Assembly: GCA_023213395.1 (NCBI GenBank)
Contig: CM041465.1
Location: 200,949,741 to 201,013,740 of the forward strand
DNA length: 64,000 bases
Origin: Cycas panzhihuaensis
Taxonomy: Eukaryota > Plantae > Cycadophyta
Direction of reading: 5' to 3'
The notes below the pieces were generated by a model. The model was not told the DNA's origin. It saw only the letters and a list, made by a program, of their open reading frames with translations, and searched no databases. The position numbers and the translations under genes are program-made. Of the stretch, positions 56,301 to 64,000 are shown in pieces. Position 1 is the first letter of the stretch. Each line of letters begins with the position of its first letter.

Positions 56301-59300
56301 AAGCTGATGTGAAAGTAAAGGGATAGATGAAGTGCCTAGAGTGGGGAGAACAAGTCTCCCTTGAGGACCCATTTAAAATATATTTAAAAGAGGAGTTAAT
56401 TGCCAAGCCATAGAAGGTGGAACATGAGGGATTTGAGGATGATTACTAGGGTCAATGGTTGATCAAGAGGGTTGAGGTGCAAGCATATGGTCTCTCCACT
56501 CTTGGGTAGTTATATATGAGCCAACATAGGTTGGGGAGGTAGGGCCTAAATCTTACTCAAAGGGATGTATTATAATAGGTGAGGGATATGTCATGGATTC
56601 TTCATATCCCTCATTATGAGAGGCAAGTCCCTCATGAACCACATAATAGGCTTGGGTAGGCATGGTAACCTCTTCAAAAGATGCATTTTCAAATGGGTGG
56701 GGAGTCTCTCTCGTAAGAATCTTATATAAAAGTGTCTCTTTCTTATACTTAAAAGGATTATTGATATTTAAAGTCCTAATGAAGGCATCGAGATTGGTGA
56801 TTAAGGTCTTGTAGGTTTTACAGAGTGGAAGGTTAGAAGGAAGAGAAGATGAGGATGGGCCTTTGGATGAAAGGCCAAGGAGTCTTCTAGATCACCTAGG
56901 ATAGGTGTAAAAAGGATCTATGTGAAGTGTGAGTGGAACATATAAGTGTGAATCAAAGAAAGAGGGAAATAGCAAGAGAAAACTGTTCCCTTAAAGTGAA
57001 AGGAGGAGTGTGATCAATGAGGGAAAAAGATATCCAATGAATGACTCTATACACTAGTAAAGCTAAAGAGTAACTTGAAAGTTTTGGCAACTTTTTAATA
57101 TGGTTGTCAAAATGGTTCCAAGAACCCAAGTCAAGTCACCTAAGAAAACTCTAGATAAATCAGTCAAAATAAAAGCAAGTGAATGAGGTCCTAGGTGATA
57201 TAACTCAAGGGGAACCCTCAACCCTTCTTTTAATGAGAAGGGATGATTCCCTTGGTATGTGTTGGATAGATAGGTACAAGTTTTCAAAGGTTGTTATTTA
57301 CTAATCTCTATATGTATATAATAAATCAAAGAAATCCAAATGATAGCATGCTTAAGCTAAGAAAAATAATCAACCAATCTAATCCAAATAAACAAGGTTC
57401 CCTTTGTTAGAGAAAAGATCAAATAGTCTCTCAACAAGTAGGAGGATTGATAGGGAAAACTTACCCTAGGTAAATAACCTAGAGCTTCCTATTTATCTAC
57501 CCTTCTAAATGACTTTTTAGAAGGAAAAGTCCTAACCTAGACCACTAGCCCACCCAAAGCATCAAAATTCTATGCCAAACTAATCTAAAATGTGGGAGGA
57601 CTAACAAGTTCAAGGACCCAAGAGATCTCAAACCTTAGATTAATAACCCTATTGGAGGTTAGCCATTGGGGACTCTCATACCTGATGATGATCCACCTAT
57701 AAGGATAGATGACCCAAGGATGTTTGCATCTAATTTTAAGGGTTTTTTGCACTTAGAAGTGAAAGAAGATAAAGAAGAAATACCACTCTTAACCTAAAGT
57801 ATGATGACAAGTTGACACCTTTGATTTTAGGAACATGACAAGATGAAATCAATCCCAAGGAAAAGGAAGTTTGTACACTGGACGTGTCACATTCTAGTCA
57901 ATCAAATGACCCTTTACGATGAGAGGTATTTATCCCTAGGAGAGGGTATGTTTGATATGTCAGGGATGTCAATTCTTGTTTAATCAATCAAGCCCTCAAT
58001 AGAGGGATGGGACAAAGCCTACGTATGCTAACTAATAAGCAAATAATAAGTAGCCATAAATACAAAACTAAAATTTTGTTTTATTTTTATATACAAATAG
58101 GCAAATCAGAAATCAATTCAAATAACTACCCAAAAGAACCACCCTATCCTAACATAACCCTAACAAATGAAAATGATTGAAGCATGCATTTTCTTTTTCT
58201 TTTATTATTATTATTATCCAAATAAAAATAGAAAAGAAAATGATATTCAACACACCTATAGGGAATAAGAAAAGAAAATATTTTTTGAATGCCCTAGTCA
58301 CCCTTTCTCCTTTTGTTTTCAAAAGTAGAAAAGAACATAATTCATTCAAGTAAAGCACTCAATCAAATAATTCAACAAGCACAAAGATCTCTTTAAAAGA
58401 TAATCTTCATATTTTCTCTTTCCTTTTTTTTTTTCTTTTTCCTTTTTGAAGATTTCTTTCATAAACAAAAATAGGAAAATAAAAGAAAAGTAACAAATAA
58501 AAAGTGACTGACTTTATAATTATTAGTTGTAAGAATCTTTGAATGATGTCTTCACTCTTCCAAACAAGGCTCCAATATGAGTGAAATAATTATGCTAGCT
58601 ACAACAAATATTAGAGGCTATGCAAAGGAAGAAGTATACTAAAAACTCTTTTTTTTACAACCAATAATATTCTTAAAATCCCAACAACATTTTAGTTGTA
58701 CCTAAAGGGTTACGAGAGATTAAAGTGATGAGACAAAGGGTGCTTAGAACCCTATAGAAGGAGGATTCAAGCCACCAAAACTTATATTCCTAAGCTAAGC
58801 CACTCACCTCCCTAATAGGCTCTTAAGCACAAAGATTAAGTGTATGGAGCTCTCACCAAGTTATGAGTAGGAACTTTTGAATTTAAGAGTTTACTAGTCT
58901 AAAATCAAGATTACAAGCAATGGAAAACTCTAAACAAGTAAAGAGAATGATACAAGAAATCTAATCTATGATTAAAATTAACTGAAACCCTAACCTAGTC
59001 ACCTTTTCACAAAGAACAAATAATAAACTTTAAAAGAAATTTCAAATGAAACACACTAATTTACCAAACACTTGATGAGAATAAGAAGTTGTGTCTTATA
59101 TCAATGGCTTGCTTGTCCAAATTCTCCAAATTAGGGCTCTAAATTGGTTACAAGAGGTAAAAGGAACAAGAAATAGGAGGAAGGAAAATAAGTAGAAGAT
59201 GATACTTGAAAAATGAGGAGGGATGCATGAGAGAAAGGAAACCAAAAGAGGAAAGAGAAATAAAATAAACTTCAAGTCTCTAATTAGTCCAATAAGTGGC

Positions 59301-59530
59301 TTCAAACTTAGCATTAGATAAGTATCCACAAAGTCCAAATAATGGCCACAAGTGTGAGTTATAATTCTCGCAATACTCTGTTACTTCAAATGATCTCCCA
59401 TTTTTTCAAAAGAATTATGAGCTTTTGTGGAGAAGAATGGAGGTAGAGAAGGCTAAAAATAGTGGGGAGGCATAACCATGGTTTCATATAATCCAATATT
59501 TGTATAATGGGAAAAAATACCTTATCATTG

Positions 59531-59750
<220 letters not shown>

Positions 59751-62700
59751 TATGCAAGAAGATGGAAACCATGACCAACATTAAAAATTGCAAGCTACAA
59801 GGAAAATTTCCATAAAAAATACACTAAAAAAGCAACCAAGAGGTCACATTTTTAGTTATACAAAGGTTGTGTTTTATGAGATAGGTTGCATTTTTAGGTA
59901 ATACTAAAAATGTGACCTATGATAAAAATTGCAACCAACGTGAAAGCCTTGAAAAAATAAAGTTTTCATAAAAAAAGGTCAAAAAGAGTCAAAGAAAATC
60001 TCATCATAGATCAACATATTGAACCAATAGAGGGCTACTTGAATTCATAAGATGAAATGAATACATGAGACAATATTCATTGGGTAAAAAATAAGCTGAA
60101 AGAGGATGAAACATGAAAGTGAGTTATAGCTTTGAAAGAGGTTGGAATAAGCTAGTTTTTATGGATACTTTACCGATCTTTGCATCATTAGTAATATTAA
60201 TCAAGCACATGCACAATCGACATGAATTCTTTCAGCCATTATCAAGAAGTCACTAAATTACCATACAATCAAATGGTCAAACCCTAATAATAAACAAAAA
60301 TGGTATGATACTTAGTCGATGTTAGAAGAGGGTGTAATTAGTTAAAATAGACACCATATAAATCTTTCTTATGATAAAATAAGTCAAACAAGAAGATGAA
60401 ATAAAAAATAAAAGAAATATATAAGAGAGAAACAATCAAACAAAAAGTATCGTTGAGACAATATCAAGCCCTCAAATTAACAAAAATACCTTGAGTATTA
60501 ATATGCAGAGAATGAAGATGTCTTAAATGATCATTAGTAAGAATCATAGAGTATCTCTTCATCATACAAGTGTGGCATCTTGTAATAACACGATATCTCT
60601 ATGATGAACCTTTATGTATGTCTCAAAAGAGAAGGTATCGGGGGTATTTATAGTGAAGTGGTACCCTAAAAATACCAATAACATTAATTGCATAGCTTTT
60701 CAGGGATAATTATGAAGTCATCCTTAAGGCATTATGAGGTTGACCAATGAGAGAAAGTGGAAATATAGAAGGAGCATAACTCTATTATATGGTATCTATT
60801 TTTAAACCTTAAGCACTTGATTCACCTCTACTCAAAGAGATATAAATAATAGACTAGGTGAAACAATCAATCATATTTAGATACAATGCTAAAAAAATAA
60901 AAGAAACATAATGTAAGGTGAGAAACAATAATAAAGATTTAAGTTGACCAAAATGAATTACTCAAAATGTCATTGACTTGTGTCTAACTTATAAGATAGT
61001 TAACTTAGAGAGAAATTTAACCTACTTTTAACCCATATAAACCAACTCAGGGGAGTACTAACTCATGCCAATTAGAAAATGTCACTCAAATGAGCAACTA
61101 AGAAGTGAAACAAAGAAAAGCATATTAAAAAATATAAAGAATATGAGATAAAACAAATAAGAAAAAAAAAAGTAAAGTAAGAAATGCATGGCAATGATTG
61201 TTAAGTGTATTAACTCAACCTATGTAGCTATACCTCTATAACATAACCTATTATTAGGGATATATCCCATATCATCACTAACAAAGGGGAGATATAATAT
61301 GTACAAGCGAACAAGCAAATGCTCCATCAAATACATGTGTAAGAAAAATGACAAGAAAATACATGTGATCAAATGAAACATCAAGAAAATGGTAAGTGTC
61401 ATATGCATACTTAATATGTGAGAGAGGGTGAATATACTTGAAATTCCCAGATTGAGGGTAGGAAACCCAAAATTGGGGAAATAATTTTCTTTGATATATC
61501 ATTATAGGATCTTTATTCTTATGTTTTGGTAGTTTGTTTACTTGATATATATAATGGTATATGCCATAAATGAAGGAACTCCATAACTAAAGTTTCTTTA
61601 GCTATTATTACATACCTTGAAGTTATATTTCTTAGTATCTCTTTTAGTTAGATTTAGTCAGTTTGCATGTCACTTATAGTTTATTTCCTTGATCTAAATA
61701 GCACATTAATAACTCAATGGATTAGACATGAATTTATCTTCCTAATGCAATAGGGTATCATTTGATTTATATGAAATTAAATGATGCACATAAAATGATG
61801 TTTAAAATTATAAATTTACAACAATATTATTTGGGTTATCTAATGCATTTGTAACTTTCATGTATTTGATGTATAATATCTCTAGATCCTACTTAGATAA
61901 TTTTTTATTGGTCTTCCTAAATGACATATTAATCCATTTCCATAATAGAGTATACCATCAAGAACATAGGAGACCTAATTAGACAACCCCAAAAATTGTT
62001 GGAAAAAATACCAATGTAATGGCCCAAAGGTTATAAAACTAGGGTAAAGACTAAAAGTATTAATTCTAATGATATTTTTACCATAGGATTGAATAAGATT
62101 TTATACATATATAATTAAATATCATATCTTATTAACCAATCATAATGATCTTTAAGATTATTAATTAATTTCTCATTTGCTCTAATTATTTCTCTAAGTA
62201 TAATCAATATATTAATTTTTCAATAATCCTTATTCAAGTCAAGTAGACCTATTTTGGTCTATTATAAACAATGTAAGAATTCCTAGAAAACCAAACACAT
62301 TACAAACTTAGCATGTGTTTGGGTAAGCATAAATCCACTATTTAAACATCAATTTGAAAAAGGTGGTGATAGCTAATCTCAAGAAGATTAAGATCATAAC
62401 ATAGTGGCCCACTCCACCTTTAATAGTAAAAGAAAGAGTATCAATAAAAGTAGTAGCTTACTATAAAACATTTATGGAGTTTTTTTTTTCTCAAATTAAA
62501 AATCCACTGTTCACTTTTTAAAAGAAAGGATAAAATTTTAAGTGACCTCAATTATATTAAAATAATTTTAATAAGTTGAAACACCGCCTTATAAAAACAT
62601 ATATTTTATTTCCCCCTATATTTGTAAATGCAAGTGGAGAAGGGTTTAGTTGTACACAAAGACAAGATTATATGATAGTACAACATAAGAGTATATAAGT

Positions 62701-63056
62701 AAAGAAAAATGAAAGGAACCACCACATGCATGATCTAGAATTAGTCTTAATTATTTATGCTTTCAAATAATAGATACAGTACTTGTAAGTTAATTATCTT
62801 GAATTTAGAATGGATCATAAAGTTCTATAATACATCTTTATCTAACTTTATCTGAATGCAAAACAAAGAAGATATATATAACTACTTAGTGATTCTTTTG
62901 ATGTGTTTTATATGCTTAAAGAGGAAAATATAACATCTCAATGGCATTACTGTAGAATAAAATATAATACAAATAATCATTAAATAATAATAAATAATAA
63001 GTAATACAAAGAATGTAGGCCAATCTTGTCACCATGGAAGAAAGTTACATAACTTG

Positions 63057-63392
63057 TGTTAGAAAAAATCTACAATGAAGCATACACATAAATAAGGTGT
63101 TTAAGATATAATAATAAACATACTTAAAATAAAGTAAGCATCAATATATAAGATAATAAAACTTATAGAAAATGATCATCTCCAAATATTATATTATGAG
63201 AGAGTTCATACTTATAGATACATATAGCTCATGAATGTCCAATTACATTTGAGAACCTTCATTGAGACCTATGAGAATGCATGTCAAGATGTAAGCTTTG
63301 CATAACTCTCCATAGGTTCACATATTCATAGATATAAAAGAGAAAGGTTATGTAAGGGTTTTTTCACTAATAATTAAATATTATACCTAACA
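63057..63392 (-). mobile_element. Probable 3' LTR of a Copia-type element continuing beyond the window
   Basis: TGTTAG...CTAACA inverted termini, with a PPT-like GGTGGGGG on the minus strand immediately inside (63393-63400). Confidence 0.55.
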
Positions 63393-64000
63393 CCCCCACC
63401 TAAAAAAGAAAGTTTAATTATACATAAAATACAATGCCACATAAATATTTTTTCCTCACATAATACAATAAATTGATATTTCCTAAACCAAGAATCTTTC
63501 CTTGCATCTAATGATTTATGATCCTTCTTAAATCTACATCCAAATGCTAATGTCTATATAAAGTGATGACCATCTGTTGAACAACATGGGTAACTAACCA
63601 TTGCATCTATTAGTTCTTTCAAAAGTTTTTCTAGTATATAATTCACCAATTATTAACACTATATTTTAGTACAGTGGCTGGTCTAAATCTTAATTTAATA
63701 TTTGGCCTTGATCATAATATCAAATCTTGACCCTTATTTTATCATAATATTAAATCTTGACCCTTGCTCAGTGATAAACATATTTTAGTAGCTTCAATAT
63801 TTAAATAACATAAAATAAGTGACAAAAATAGTACATTTAACTCCATCTCTTTCTCCCTTTCTTTAAAATAATGGGTTTTCACCATATTAGAGTCATCAAA
63901 TGACTTTTTAGTAAATAAAATAATCCTAAGCCAATAAAATATCATTTCTCTCTTTCAGTAAAGTGTGAAATTTTTTTTCCCTTTTTTCTCTTTAAAGAGA

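Noticed and set aside
60300-63050. AT-rich tail with short ORFs and TGTTAG at ~60320
   Set aside because: No matching LTR end, TSD or coding motif could be supported.

Overview
AT-rich, strongly CpG/CHG-depleted eukaryotic DNA. It is most likely a large seed-plant genome; a gymnosperm is my inference from the TE families and the C>T/G>A erosion. About 85-90% of the window resolves into a nest of decayed retroelements. A Tat-like Ty3/Gypsy element (8609-40025, minus) carries an antisense plant-mobile-domain (PMD) pseudo-ORF. Its RT is split by a Ty1/Copia (16690-31132), which is split by a non-autonomous gag-only TR-GAG-like element (18749-25717), which holds a further ~3.2 kb insert. Further right lie a 5'-truncated L1 LINE (40047-41900) and a second Tat-like element (41918-~60296). 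The latter is split by an RT-deleted Copia (46435-55203) with a 2.35 kb (TA)n tract in its leader. A truncated Copia occupies the left end. The only plausible host-functional DNA is a ~1.1 kb CpG-rich island (4920-6010) with promoter-like motifs and a candidate first coding exon on the minus strand, bordered by a tRNA-derived SINE. No intact host gene, rRNA, tRNA or CRISPR array is visible, and the long YI-repeat ORFs are microsatellite artefacts. All alignments, counts and identities were made by eye and are approximate.
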